Source of the DNA: Carpediemonas membranifera BICM
Taxonomy: Eukaryota; Protista; Fornicata
NCBI GenBank assembly: GCA_019828565.1
Contig: JAHDYR010000038.1
Span: 636,735-700,734 of the forward strand
Length of the DNA stretch: 64,000 bases
Direction: 5' to 3'
The translations under genes and the position numbers were made by a program. Of the stretch, positions 1 through 10,254 are shown piece by piece (positions within the stretch are counted from its first letter, which is position 1; each line of letters opens with the position of its first letter). The notes beneath the pieces are model-generated. The model worked only from the letters and a program-made list of their open reading frames with translations. It did not search any database and was not told the DNA's origin.

Positions 1-1
1 T

Positions 2-169
2 TACTCGCTCAGCCTGCAACCATTCTGTCTGAGCTGGAGTCCGCTGGGTCCTGTCGTTGGCGGTCATCGTGCGAGGTTCTGTGAGATCGTCAAGAAGAGA
101 CTCAGTTTCACGCTGAACCACGTCTACCAGTCCAACAGCAGCAATATGCTGCCATGGACGTGCTGGTGA
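2..169 (+). CDS. 3' end of a gene running in from the left edge; possibly a paralog of 1478..2929
   Basis: Frame 2 is open from the window edge to TGA at 167-169. It ends NMLPWTCW*, resembling the FGNPWICWDL* end of 1478..2929. Confidence 0.35.
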   Translation, partial: YSLSLQPFCLSWSPLGPVVGGHRARFCEIVKKRLSFTLNHVYQSNSSNMLPWTCW

Positions 170-272
170 GACTGCATTCTGGCCAAGGAGTTCTTTGTCA
201 TGCGGGCAGACTTGTGAACCGTAACGGATGGTGCCCGAACAACGTAACACACCGACCGATCGTATATGATGT

Positions 273-1307
273 ATGTATGGACACCACATTCGCCTCTGCG
301 ACACAATGCCAACTCTGCGAGAGTCGCCCCACTTCGGGCAGTTCTACGTTGCGGAGTGCGAAAACCATGGTCTCGTAGAACGAAAGAAACAACTGATGAA
401 CGGCACAGCATCTCGCTTTGCAGACCATAACTGCCCAAAGAACGTGTGGACAATCTTCTCATCGACCACCCAGCCGATTGTGGCGAAGTTTCCTCAAAAG
501 CCCCTCGAGGAGGTGGTTGCTGCCGAGTTCTTGACCCGATTCGGCTTCCAGAAACTCATTTATCACGTCCACGGAGCTGCCAGCGAACAAGCTGCGCGAA
601 TCCGCTCGATTATTGGCTTCGGCGTCCCCCGCCGCGCGACGCTCATCATGCCCTACATCCAGGGTCTCTCTCTAGCAGCGTACAATCACTCAGGCATCAT
701 ATACGAAGCAGAGCAGCTCGGCGCCCTTGCCATCTGCGACTGTATCCTCAACAACTGCGACCGACTTTCCGTGCTCGTCGACCATGCCGGTAACTATCTC
801 AATATCATTGGGGTCGGCCACAAGCTGGTCCCCATCGACAATCACCTCATTATTCCCGCTGAGTCAGCTGAGCCTGTGTTCCAGCGGCGACTGCTCTCTC
901 TCGTTGAGGATGTTTTATCCGACGGCGGGCTGACTGACGCGTCCACGTCCTCCCGGCCACTCAAGCCGACAGAGCTCTCGCCCCCAAACCACCCGATAGG
1001 CCAGCTAGTAGCATCCGTCAGCCAGTTCTTCGCCGCACCGCCCAATGAGATCGAAGCCGCCATCCGCCGAGGAGCCCGCTCAGCCTTGGACACTTTCAGG
1101 CACATGCAGGTTGGTGACTTCAAGCGACTCGAGATGGACGTGCTTCGACTTGTGGGACACACGTCGTTTGCTGGCGAGGACCTTGGCTCTCTCCTCGGCC
1201 AGCTCAGGAAGGCCCATGGCGTGGTGCGGGCGGCGAGAGACCGGGTTGGTGGGTATGACGTGAGAGAGGTTGATGTATTGCTGGAGGCGGCGATGGCGAT
1301 GGCCTGA
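273..1307 (+). CDS. Actin-fragmin kinase-like (PI3/PI4K-superfamily) atypical kinase
   Basis: LGALAICDCILNNCDRL...GNYLNI...LVPIDN matches the AFK-type catalytic motifs (D-x-x-x-N-N-x-D-R, GNxxN, IDN). Confidence 0.65.
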   Translation: MYGHHIRLCDTMPTLRESPHFGQFYVAECENHGLVERKKQLMNGTASRFADHNCPKNVWTIFSSTTQPIVAKFPQKPLEEVVAAEFLTRFGFQKLIYHVHGAASEQAARIRSIIGFGVPRRATLIMPYIQGLSLAAYNHSGIIYEAEQLGALAICDCILNNCDRLSVLVDHAGNYLNIIGVGHKLVPIDNHLIIPAESAEPVFQRRLLSLVEDVLSDGGLTDASTSSRPLKPTELSPPNHPIGQLVASVSQFFAAPPNEIEAAIRRGARSALDTFRHMQVGDFKRLEMDVLRLVGHTSFAGEDLGSLLGQLRKAHGVVRAARDRVGGYDVREVDVLLEAAMAMA

Positions 1308-1477
1308 TTAATGTCCGGTCGTGTTGAGTTGAATTGTAAAGTTTGGTAATAGTAGTGTTGAAGCAGGGGTTGAAATAGGCCGGCTTGAATATCTTCAAGT
1401 GTACATCCCGCATATTGCGGTCCTGTGACGGGCTTGGCAGACGCCAATAGTTCTGACGCAAAACTGCGAGCCACAGC

Positions 1478-2929
1478 ATGGCAAGGCGAGAGGAATTCTA
1501 TACTCAGTTTCATAGAATCCTCTTATTAGCACGTGGGATAACACAAGATGAGCCTGGAAACATCCCCAGGCTGCTGAGTTCCGTCCAGAACCTCCCGGAT
1601 CTTCCTGACGTTGAGGTCGAGGCCCTCCGCAACTCGAACCACTCAAAGGATGAGTTCCTAGAGAAGCTAAAGGCTCTGTCCGAGGAATGCAACCATGTAG
1701 AGGAGCTTTCAGAGACCAACTTCGCTGCCCGCGACGCTCTCTGCAAAGCGATCGAGACCCTCGAGAAACCGCCAGTAACGATCGACATCCCTCTAGCGGA
1801 CGGCGAGGACCTCCCCGACACCATATACACACTCCACCAGCGCACGATTTGGGCGATCATGCGCTGCCGCCAAAGCAAGCGGGCACAGGCCTGGACGGAC
1901 CCCGCTTGGTTCCTCTGCAAGAAGTTCTTCTTCGTCCGCTGTGACGCCAAGCAGGCCGAGGCAGTCACATGCACACATAAGCTGAGCCACACGCTTTACC
2001 AGGGCAAGCTGCTCGTCAGCAAGGGCACCGGCGATGAGACGATCCCGTCAGGTCTGGAGCCTGTCCACCACATGTCCGCAGACAAGACCACGACCGCCGT
2101 AGTAACCAGCGGCGGCGTTTTCTTCTGGACGTGGCACTTTGACATCAGCCAGATCAAGCAGGGCAGCGTCGAGACCAGACCACTGCCCCTCCCACCCTGC
2201 AAGCCCCACAAGTGGCACACAAGCGTCTCTGGCGTATTCGTTGTCGGCCGGGGCCTCATCGTGCTGGAAACAACCGACTCCCGCCACATCTTGTTCCACC
2301 AGTCGGCTGTGGCGGTGACCTGGTTGCCGTTGAACCTCGGGCCGATCGGCAAGATCTGGAACTACGCGGTGCGGGACCAGGACATCATATTCGTCGGGAA
2401 GTATGGGTGTGCGGTCGGGTCGATCAGCCTGCCTTTGGCGGATCAGATGGAGTCGTCTGAAATCAAATTCAATTTCATAGACACATCATTTGATGACGCT
2501 ATTTCTATCGGAGTCAACGGACTCCTTCTCCTCCGGGACGGCGAGGTCTACATCGTCACGCCCAAACCTGAATACTGGCCCCTTGGGAGCGGCGTCATCC
2601 AGCTCCACATTGGCACGGCTCGCCAGCTGGCTCTGCCGGAGGGGACCACACGTCTGCTGTGTAGCGGGTCTGCAGTCATCGCGAGCACGCCATCAGGCTC
2701 CTATGTCGTTGGGAACAGCATGCTCAAGCGGTTTGGCTTTACCTTCCCGACTGGCTGGCTCAGCTCATGGCGTCAGGTTGAGCCCTGCGGGTCTGTTGTG
2801 CAGAGGGTGTGGGGCTGGGTCAGCCTGCTGATGGAGACGCGCGACGGCCAGCTGATGAGCCAGGGCGCGACCGTGGACCCACGTCGTGTGCGCGCGTTCG
2901 GCAATCCGTGGATATGCTGGGACCTCTAG
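1478..2929 (+). CDS. Lineage-specific family protein with RCC1-like beta-propeller C-terminus (paralog of 40076..41725)
   Basis: 483-aa ORF. Shares GNIPRLL/GDIPSLL, LADGEDLPDTIYTL/LAEGEELPVALHTL and WFLCKKFFF/WFLCRKFFF with the 40-kb gene; beta-rich C-terminal half. Confidence 0.7.
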   Translation: MARREEFYTQFHRILLLARGITQDEPGNIPRLLSSVQNLPDLPDVEVEALRNSNHSKDEFLEKLKALSEECNHVEELSETNFAARDALCKAIETLEKPPVTIDIPLADGEDLPDTIYTLHQRTIWAIMRCRQSKRAQAWTDPAWFLCKKFFFVRCDAKQAEAVTCTHKLSHTLYQGKLLVSKGTGDETIPSGLEPVHHMSADKTTTAVVTSGGVFFWTWHFDISQIKQGSVETRPLPLPPCKPHKWHTSVSGVFVVGRGLIVLETTDSRHILFHQSAVAVTWLPLNLGPIGKIWNYAVRDQDIIFVGKYGCAVGSISLPLADQMESSEIKFNFIDTSFDDAISIGVNGLLLLRDGEVYIVTPKPEYWPLGSGVIQLHIGTARQLALPEGTTRLLCSGSAVIASTPSGSYVVGNSMLKRFGFTFPTGWLSSWRQVEPCGSVVQRVWGWVSLLMETRDGQLMSQGATVDPRRVRAFGNPWICWDL

Positions 2930-4055
2930 ATGTTGTAGCTTGTGATAAATGCCTGAGAGCGAGAGTGTAGTGAGCTCCAGTGAGCTCCGGCCACGCCCAT
3001 CGTGTGCCGGGGCCTCCTCGGGATGGACTTCGCAGACTGCATGAAAAAATGTGAGAAAAGGTTTGCATGAAAAAAAACGCTTGATGAAAGACATCTTATC
3101 GAAAAAGCTGCTCTCGATGCCATGAGAACCTTTTAACAACAAAATGGTTGTCGCCAATCGATTGCTATACCATGCGTCGCCTTGGAAGCTTCCCGAATGT
3201 TTCACCGTCGGGTAGTGCTCAAAGCGGCGCAACAGCCCTATATAACAACATCAAGGACCTCAAATCTCCATAAACGATTCATTCTCTGCCTCCACTTTGC
3301 AATGCACCCTTCCTCCGATATCGCCCGCGCCTTCATTCAGTTCTGATGGCCACCCGGATCGAAGGAGAGAAGGCAGAGATGGTATAGGGCCAGCCATACC
3401 TCTCACCGTCTGTACCTGGCGACAATGGACCGGGGTAATGTCGCTTGTGGAGAGGGTGGCAGTGTTTCGGAGGCAATGCTTGAACGGATGATGACGGTGG
3501 GAGACAGAGAGGGCACATGAAGTTTATGGGTGAAACGGGTCGATGTCGACGGGAATGATGTCCACCGACCATCTGGGTGCCTTGCACTCGACAAGCTCAG
3601 CCACCCCATCTTCCTCGCCCACCAGTTCAAACCACTGGCCGGTGGAGTCGCGGAGTCTGTTGAGGGCAAACCTGACTTCTGTCGCCTCAACAGGGATCAT
3701 GCTAGCACGCTTCACGCTTCATTCCAAAGTAGCAGTGGGTGAACCCGCTGCTGTTGACCTTGAGGGCCGATGCATCATGCAGATAGCAACAAGTGCTGGT
3801 CATTGCTCGCAGCACTCAGTTCGGTGGCAGGCCAGATTCTGACGGTGTGCCCACACTGTGACCACTCGTCGACCGCCGACGCCAGCAACCAAATCGGCGG
3901 GAGATGAGGCGATTTTGACTCGAGGGGCGGGTCAAGCCAACGGCCATCGAGCTCCGCGGGTCGAGGGACCGCACGATGCGGCAAATATTACCGGATGGCG
4001 ATGCCTCAACCCTTTCGTGAGCAATCATAAATTGGATAAGTCAGCTGTGGTCTGT

Positions 4056-4531
4056 TTATGCTCTTTCACGCCCGAAGGTGAGCTTGACATCCTCGGTCTT
4101 CTCCTTCGTCATCTTGTCCTTCAACTTCTTAGCCTGTGTCGGGAGTTGGAGTGTGAACATACCTTGTCGGAAACAGTCTCCTTGGCGTCCTTAGCCTGTG
4201 TCGGGAGTTGGAGTGTGAACATACCTTGTCGGAAACAGTCTCCTTGGCGTCCTTAGCCTGTGTCGGGAGTTGGAGTGTGAACATACCTTGTCGGTTACAG
4301 TCTCCTTGGCGTCCTTGGCCTGTGTCGGGAGTTGGAGTGTGAACATACCTTGTCGGAAACAGTCTCCTTGGCGTCCTTAGCCTGTGTCGGGAGTTGGAGT
4401 GTGAACATACCTTGTCGGAAACAGTCTCCTTGGCGTCCTTGGCCTGTGTGAGTGTGATTATCTGGCCATACGGCGTCCTTAACATCATCCTTGATGTCCT
4501 TGAGATGTTCAGTAACAGAATCCTTGCCCAT
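4056..4531 (-). CDS. LEA group 3-like 11-mer repeat protein, 100 aa, 7 exons (4472-4531, 4411-4443, 4349-4381, 4287-4319, 4225-4257, 4163-4195, 4056-4133)
   Basis: Removing six GT..AG introns (one 28 nt, five identical 29 nt) gives MGKDSVTEHLKDIKDDVKDA-(AKDAKETV[S/T]DK)x5-AKKLKDKMTKEKTEDVKLTFGRERA*. Confidence 0.85.
4131..4443. repeat. Five-copy tandem repeat with a 62-bp unit (33-nt exon + 29-nt intron)
   Basis: Unit agcctgtgtcgggagttggagtgtgaacataccttgtcggaaacagtctccttggcgtcctt read directly; the only variants fall in the exon part. Confidence 0.95.
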
Positions 4532-4879
4532 TTGCTCTATTGCGTGGTTTGTACCTGGCCATGACAGGGCACAAGAATTGGTGACATCGAATAGCCGTAA
4601 GATGCGGGGCATGTCAGCGGCATGAGCAGGACGGCGAGGAGGACAGCGATGGCAGTGAGTCGCCAGGTGTGCCCGCCGAGGCAAGGTTGAACATAAACTA
4701 CTACTAGCCTCTTGGACCAAAGCTGAGCTCTCAGTCAAGCAGCCTGACCTAATCCCGACCGGACATATAGACGACATATAGACGACGATAGATGAACATA
4801 TAGTGAAATCGGAGGATACGCATAGGTTGTAATGAACTTAACATAATCTGAGCTCATAAAAATCGCGGGTTAAGGACGG

Positions 4880-6766
4880 ATGACGATGGCTTCCGAGTTT
4901 CTGGCTTCCGATCCAGAGATTGACGCCAGGCTCGGGGAAATAGTACTCAGTTATCCAACAGATGGATACTACGATGACAGGGGCTTCAGTGATGCTGCCA
5001 AGTTGACAGAATCGGTTATTGCTTGCGCTAGCAGTAAGAGCAAGGGGCATAGTAAGGAACAGAGTGAACCAGCGCCAAAGGATGGATACATTAACTTTCT
5101 CGCCTCGCTATATTCGTTTGGGATGAGCATGGAGCAAGAGGAGTCGCCTGCCGATATTCTCCAGGCAATCTCGACAACATTGGAGGAGGGAACAATAAGC
5201 AGTCGGTTGAAGGCTATGTACATCCTCTCTGATCTCATGGGCGCCCCAATTTGGGCCAAGGATGGGCCAAAGATCAGAGACCATCTCGAAAATATCTCTG
5301 CATATCTGATGATCCATAGATACGATTCAGAGCCAGTCGGCCATATCTGCCAGACCTTGTACGACCGCATAGACTCAGAACTCACCACACAGTGCTTCTC
5401 AGCAGCCCAGCGCCACGCAGCCCTCAACCGGGAAGTCGGCGCCCTTTTCGAAGACATCAAACCGATCAGCCTTGTCGGTCTAGTCGACGAGAAAGAGTTC
5501 AGCCAGACCAAGCGCGCCCCGGCCCAGCTGAGGCTCCACCTTGCCGTGATCATGGGCCACGCCATGCTCTCGTACGGCGTGGTCCCGCGTCAGAACCTCG
5601 CCAAGACTGTCGCAAGACTATGCCGGATAGATCCTGATGCAATTGCCGGAATCCTGAGTCAGATCATCGCCCCCGAGTCAGATGACGAGTCTGACTCCGA
5701 CTCTGACTCCAGTGAATCTGCCGGACTCAACAGTCAGGTCAGGGCGACCCTGGCAAGCTTCATGGACACGACGGTTAACACGATTAGTAACCCCGCGCCG
5801 ATGTCATTGTCATCGACGAGGGATATCTGGACAAGATTTGCTCCCGCTTATCACACTGTGGCAAGATATGAGCCAATGGAGCTTGGGTCGGTCAAGCGAA
5901 TGTCATTTGATGAACTCATGGAGCATAGCGAGGAGAATCTACCGGATCTAGTAGTACTTGACTCCATCATTCCGTATCTTATCAATCCAAAGATCCTCAG
6001 AATTCTCAATTCGAATCCCGAATCGTTCTTCCTCACTTACGGGTCCGACCAGATCTGGTGCCAGATCTCGGCTGCTGTTCATGCGCTCGCCGCCGCCCAG
6101 AAGCCCACCTCGCCCTCCATCTGCATTGTACCATCCACCCAGCCCTCCGCCTCGCCGATTCCAAAGAATGATCCAATCAACTCTCTTCTGCCGGCCCTCG
6201 CCTCTGATTCCGCAATCACGGCCGGTCTGGCAGCGGTGAATCTCGCGGCCCGCCCACTGCGGCCGACGCTGGTCACGCCGCTCATCACGGTGCTCTGGCC
6301 TGCTGCCCGGGACTCGACCCCGATAGTTATCCCGACTCTGACTCGACTCGAAGTCATGCCGGACTCCAAAGGGTCGACCGGCTATTTATGGACAGCGGCT
6401 GCCGTCCCTGGTGCCCCGCAGACTCTGGAACCATCTCTATGGTCTCGCCAGCCCGGGTCAGATGTCTCTCAGTTCAAGGTGACCCAAACCACGGTTCGTC
6501 GCCTCGCCGTCACTGCCATTTGCGGGCCAGCGTCCGGATTTGTCTCATGTGATGGCTTCGGCATGACTGTCGACGGCATGCTGGCCAACGGCGGGATGCC
6601 TCAGGCTCTGTTTGGGGTATATGCTGTCCTTCAGCACGAGCCGCAGCGGCCAGTAACAGTATCGGTTGACGGCCTCGTATTTACTGATATTTCCATGGTC
6701 AGAGTGCAGGTGAGTGCTTCTGAGATCGTCAGGCAGCCACTCGCCGTGATGGGCTCACTGGGGTGA
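4880..6766 (+). CDS. Hypothetical protein, probably alpha-helical (HEAT/ARM-like)
   Basis: 628-aa ORF with an acidic Ser/Asp stretch; no motif recognised. Confidence 0.7.
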   Translation: MTMASEFLASDPEIDARLGEIVLSYPTDGYYDDRGFSDAAKLTESVIACASSKSKGHSKEQSEPAPKDGYINFLASLYSFGMSMEQEESPADILQAISTTLEEGTISSRLKAMYILSDLMGAPIWAKDGPKIRDHLENISAYLMIHRYDSEPVGHICQTLYDRIDSELTTQCFSAAQRHAALNREVGALFEDIKPISLVGLVDEKEFSQTKRAPAQLRLHLAVIMGHAMLSYGVVPRQNLAKTVARLCRIDPDAIAGILSQIIAPESDDESDSDSDSSESAGLNSQVRATLASFMDTTVNTISNPAPMSLSSTRDIWTRFAPAYHTVARYEPMELGSVKRMSFDELMEHSEENLPDLVVLDSIIPYLINPKILRILNSNPESFFLTYGSDQIWCQISAAVHALAAAQKPTSPSICIVPSTQPSASPIPKNDPINSLLPALASDSAITAGLAAVNLAARPLRPTLVTPLITVLWPAARDSTPIVIPTLTRLEVMPDSKGSTGYLWTAAAVPGAPQTLEPSLWSRQPGSDVSQFKVTQTTVRRLAVTAICGPASGFVSCDGFGMTVDGMLANGGMPQALFGVYAVLQHEPQRPVTVSVDGLVFTDISMVRVQVSASEIVRQPLAVMGSLG

Positions 6767-7502
6767 CCCATCGGGCAACTCATCAAATGATTGCTCTGAT
6801 GCTCGTGAGCCCGGGCCCAGTTGTTTGTAAATTAGTCGGTGTATTCGAACCAAGCACGTGATACTAGCAGCTTTGAGCGAGGGTTAGGCTGAGACAAGGC
6901 GAGCTCATCCTGCATCAATGATGATGACAGAGTGGGTCGGCATCGAATGATGGTTGACAGGATCAATGGAACAACTATTGTCATGTTTGTTTGAGTTGCC
7001 GCTCGGGCACATCTTGATGCTCTGACTGACGCGCCAGGCAGCGGCTCAGATATTTTCGAGAGAGGACCAGCCGTTGCGCGGGCTGACTCTTCCTCCGACA
7101 GGCCCACTCCGCGACCTACTTTTCCATGGGAGCGGCATATACTCCTTGATGACAAACAACATGGTTACCTTACCTTACATGGCGCCAGACACTCCGGACA
7201 GGCATGGTCCGCCCAAACCACCCCCATATGGAGCTAATGGGTGTATCCCTTGTGCTTTTGAGGGCTTCACCCCTGCTGATGATGTGGCTAACGATTTTAT
7301 TTATGTATGTAATTTAATCACTTGCAGCTTATCTACATGCGGCCAGCCGGAGCTAGCCGCTCCCTGGGGGTCACAGCAAACTCGCTGCAGCAGGTTGACT
7401 GTCATCCCCGCTGGGGAAGGTGGGGAAAGTGTTGCGACGGCGGAGGACCCGCCTGAACGCCACCAGGTGGCTAACCTGCGCGATCTTTGCAGTGTTGTGG
7501 GA

Positions 7503-7968
7503 ATGAACTCAAGGAAGCAAGCCGAGCCTGCGTTAGACAAGTATATCAAGGATATGCTAAAGCTACAAGGCATTGCTGAGTTCGATCAGAGTGCCGTCCG
7601 TGCGCTTTCCGAGTTCTTATACGGTTTGTCTCCATTCTCATTATATTAACGAAGGATACTGCAGAACGCTCACCTATCAGACACATAGAAACCTGCTCCA
7701 CCGCCATGCGTCGCAAACGACTCCTCAGGAACAGGTATTCACTCCCGAGATGGTACAGTTCGCCATCTACCGCCTCCAAACCCTCCTCTATGCTGACGTC
7801 GGCGCAATTCCAGCAGCTGGCGTGCCCCAGATGCCACCACAGCTTCCCCAGGCCCGCAACACCGGCACTAAGGTCCCTCGGCCAGACATGTCGGACGCCA
7901 CAATCAGCACGATGAGGCCGGCCTTCGACTACCTCCCGAAGAAGCGCGACAACACGCAGGCACGGTAA
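7503..7968 (+). CDS. TAF9: TAF9-like (TFIID-31kDa) histone-fold protein; intron 7624-7654
   Basis: A 31-nt GT..AG intron joins IKDMLKLQGIAEFDQSAVRALSEFLY to GYCRTL...EMVQFAI, resembling TAF9 [25 protein letters not shown]...DVRLAI. Confidence 0.65.
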
Positions 7969-8337
7969 GAGTGAGGTGGGGTTATCGCGGATTCAGTGGC
8001 CAATGGTTGTGGGCGCTGTGGGCTTTGACACCGCAGGCCGGCTGGGGCGATACAAGGTGATAAATGCAGCCCTCCGCACCCTGTGGGCGTTGAGACACCG
8101 CCTGGTGAGATGAGTGAAGTCGACTATCACGTGTCATACGACGGGAGATTTGACATCAGACGCATCCGCTCATCATGGACTTCCTGGTGAACACAACTGC
8201 CCCAGTACCTCCTTTGTCTTCACCTCGAGTGAAAGCAAACGACACGCGGCAATGTCTCGAAGAGATGGTGCCCAACAGTGGCGCCCTCGTCACTGTTCGT
8301 TGAACACAGCCCAGTAACACAGCAAGTCAGCAGAGAT

Positions 8338-9015
8338 ATGCTCGCTGGTCAGCCAACTGATGAGCTAGCCCCGCTCTCGAGGTTCCCGGATATCTACCAA
8401 GAAGCCCGGTCCCTCCAGCATGCACGCCAGGGCCGCCCCATCCGGGCAGGGTTCAGTTCAGCATCCCCGCTCGACCACCAGAGCGATCAGCTCACTGCAG
8501 CGCCAATCCGACCAGACTCGGGTGTCCCGTCGTTCAACACGACCGAGGAGGAGGACAAGGGCGAGGCTCGGTCTTCATACTCCATCGTGGAGACCGACTG
8601 GAAGGCCGAGAAGCATGGAAGGCCAAGAAGCAACCGGACTGGAAGGCCGGTGCGATCCAGGGCATGGACGTGTGACGAGTGCAACCGCCTGCGGCAGCTC
8701 GTTGAAACGTACCCCATCGGAACCCGTGCCAGATGGCGCCACATCGCACATGATTTGGACTCTGGCCGCACCCCAGACCAGTGCCTGCGGAAGTGGGTAG
8801 CGGTCCTCGACCCCAGTCTCAAGAAGAGGGGCGACCCTTGGACTGCGCAGGAGGACGAGGTCATCGTCAAGTACATCGGGGAGTGCAAGGAGGCTGGGAC
8901 GCGGCTGAGCTGGGCCCGGCTGGCATCCATGCTGCCCGGCCGGACTGATACTAGGATCAGATGCCACTACGTAAGGGATCTCCGTGCCGATGACAATTGT
9001 CATACTGTCACATAA
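8338..9015 (+). CDS. Myb (R2R3-type) DNA-binding protein; start uncertain
   Basis: Two Myb repeats: WTCDE..RLRQLV...W..IA...GRTPDQCLRKW and PWTAQEDEVI...W..LA..LPGRTDTRIRCHY. Confidence 0.85.
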   Translation: MLAGQPTDELAPLSRFPDIYQEARSLQHARQGRPIRAGFSSASPLDHQSDQLTAAPIRPDSGVPSFNTTEEEDKGEARSSYSIVETDWKAEKHGRPRSNRTGRPVRSRAWTCDECNRLRQLVETYPIGTRARWRHIAHDLDSGRTPDQCLRKWVAVLDPSLKKRGDPWTAQEDEVIVKYIGECKEAGTRLSWARLASMLPGRTDTRIRCHYVRDLRADDNCHTVT

Positions 9016-9123
9016 ATCGTTTGGGTAACCCGAGGGCAAGGTTGGCTGTGATGGTTTCACGCGCGCTACTCAACTGATGGATCATAAGTTTATCCGAAAA
9101 ACTCTGAACTTCAATCTCACCGT

Positions 9124-10254
9124 CTAAATGCAGTACGCCTTGATCGGTTCAAATCCATTGAAGTTGACACTGGCATACGAAGTAGTGTATGCCCCGGTGG
9201 AGTGGAATTGAACCAGGTCGCCCGCCTTGAGGCCGACAGGCAGGCTGTACTCCTTCTTCTCGTAGATCACGTCGACGCTGTCGCACGTCGGGCCCGCGAG
9301 AATAACGGGCTCGGTCTCCTCGCCGTCACGGGAGGTTGTGACGCGGTAGGTGATGGCCTCGTCCAGGGTCTCGGCGAGACCGTTGAACTTGCCGGCGTCG
9401 AGGTACACCCAGCGCTTGCAGTCGTCGTTGGACTTGCGGGAGACGAGGACGACCTCGGCCTGGAGGACGCCTGAGTCGCCGACCATGGAGCGGCCGGGCT
9501 CGATCATGAGCTTGGGCAGACGGTTACCGAAGTGACCGACGATGGCACGCATGACGGCATCAGCGTAGGCGGGCATCTCCTCGACGTGCTCAATGTAGTG
9601 CGCGGGGAAGCCGCCGCCGAGGTTGATGGCGGTCAACTCGATGCCGCGCTCCTGGAGGGTCATGAAGAGCGAGGCGACGCGGGTCATGGCGACGTCCCAC
9701 TGGCTGAGGTCGGTCTGCTGGGAGCCGACATGGAAGGAGACGCCGTAGGGGACGAGGCCGAGTTCGCGGGCCTGGAAGAGGAGGTCCTCAGCCATCTCGA
9801 CCTCGCAGCCAAACTTACGGGACAGTGGCCACTGGGCGCCCTCGTTCTCGACAAGGATGCGGCAGTAGACCTTGGAGCCGGGTGCGGCGCGGGATATCTT
9901 GAGCAGTTCCTCCTCGGAGTCGAATGCGAAGAGGCGGATGCCCTTGGAGTAGGCATAGGCAATGTGGGGCTCCTTCTTGATGGTGTTGCCGAAGGAGATG
10001 TTGTCGGGGTTGGCTCCCTGGGAGAGGCACAGGTCGACCTCGGGAACGGAGGCGACGTCGAAGGAAGAACCCTCATTGACAAGCAGATTCACAACCTCAG
10101 GGGCCGGATTGGCCTTAACGGCGTAGAAGACCTGGGCAAGGGGCAGATGGGTCCTCATGGAGCTGTAGTTGTTCTTGATCACATCGAGGTCGATGACGAC
10201 ACACGGAGTAGCGGGCTTTTGCTCTTTCAAAAACTGCTGGATACGCTTGGTCAT
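9124..10254 (-). CDS. ODC: Ornithine/lysine decarboxylase, PLP fold type III, bacterial-like
   Basis: FYAVKANP (PLP lysine), FDVAS, SRKFGC, SFHVGSQ, NLGGGF, IEPGR, GPTCDSVD, GAYT and FNGF motifs. Confidence 0.95.
   Translation of the reverse strand: MTKRIQQFLKEQKPATPCVVIDLDVIKNNYSSMRTHLPLAQVFYAVKANPAPEVVNLLVNEGSSFDVASVPEVDLCLSQGANPDNISFGNTIKKEPHIAYAYSKGIRLFAFDSEEELLKISRAAPGSKVYCRILVENEGAQWPLSRKFGCEVEMAEDLLFQARELGLVPYGVSFHVGSQQTDLSQWDVAMTRVASLFMTLQERGIELTAINLGGGFPAHYIEHVEEMPAYADAVMRAIVGHFGNRLPKLMIEPGRSMVGDSGVLQAEVVLVSRKSNDDCKRWVYLDAGKFNGLAETLDEAITYRVTTSRDGEETEPVILAGPTCDSVDVIYEKKEYSLPVGLKAGDLVQFHSTGAYTTSYASVNFNGFEPIKAYCI

Noticed and set aside
4131-4443. CRISPR-like array (29-nt identical repeats with 33-nt spacers)
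   Set aside because: Spacers are near-identical, repeats are GT..AG introns on the minus strand, there are no cas genes and the context is eukaryotic.
6800-6900. tRNA suggested by GGTTCGAAT on the minus strand
   Set aside because: No T-stem pairing or cloverleaf.
8016-8105. Imperfect direct repeat CTGTGGGC..GACACCGC upstream of the Myb gene
   Set aside because: Only two short imperfect copies; no support for a function.
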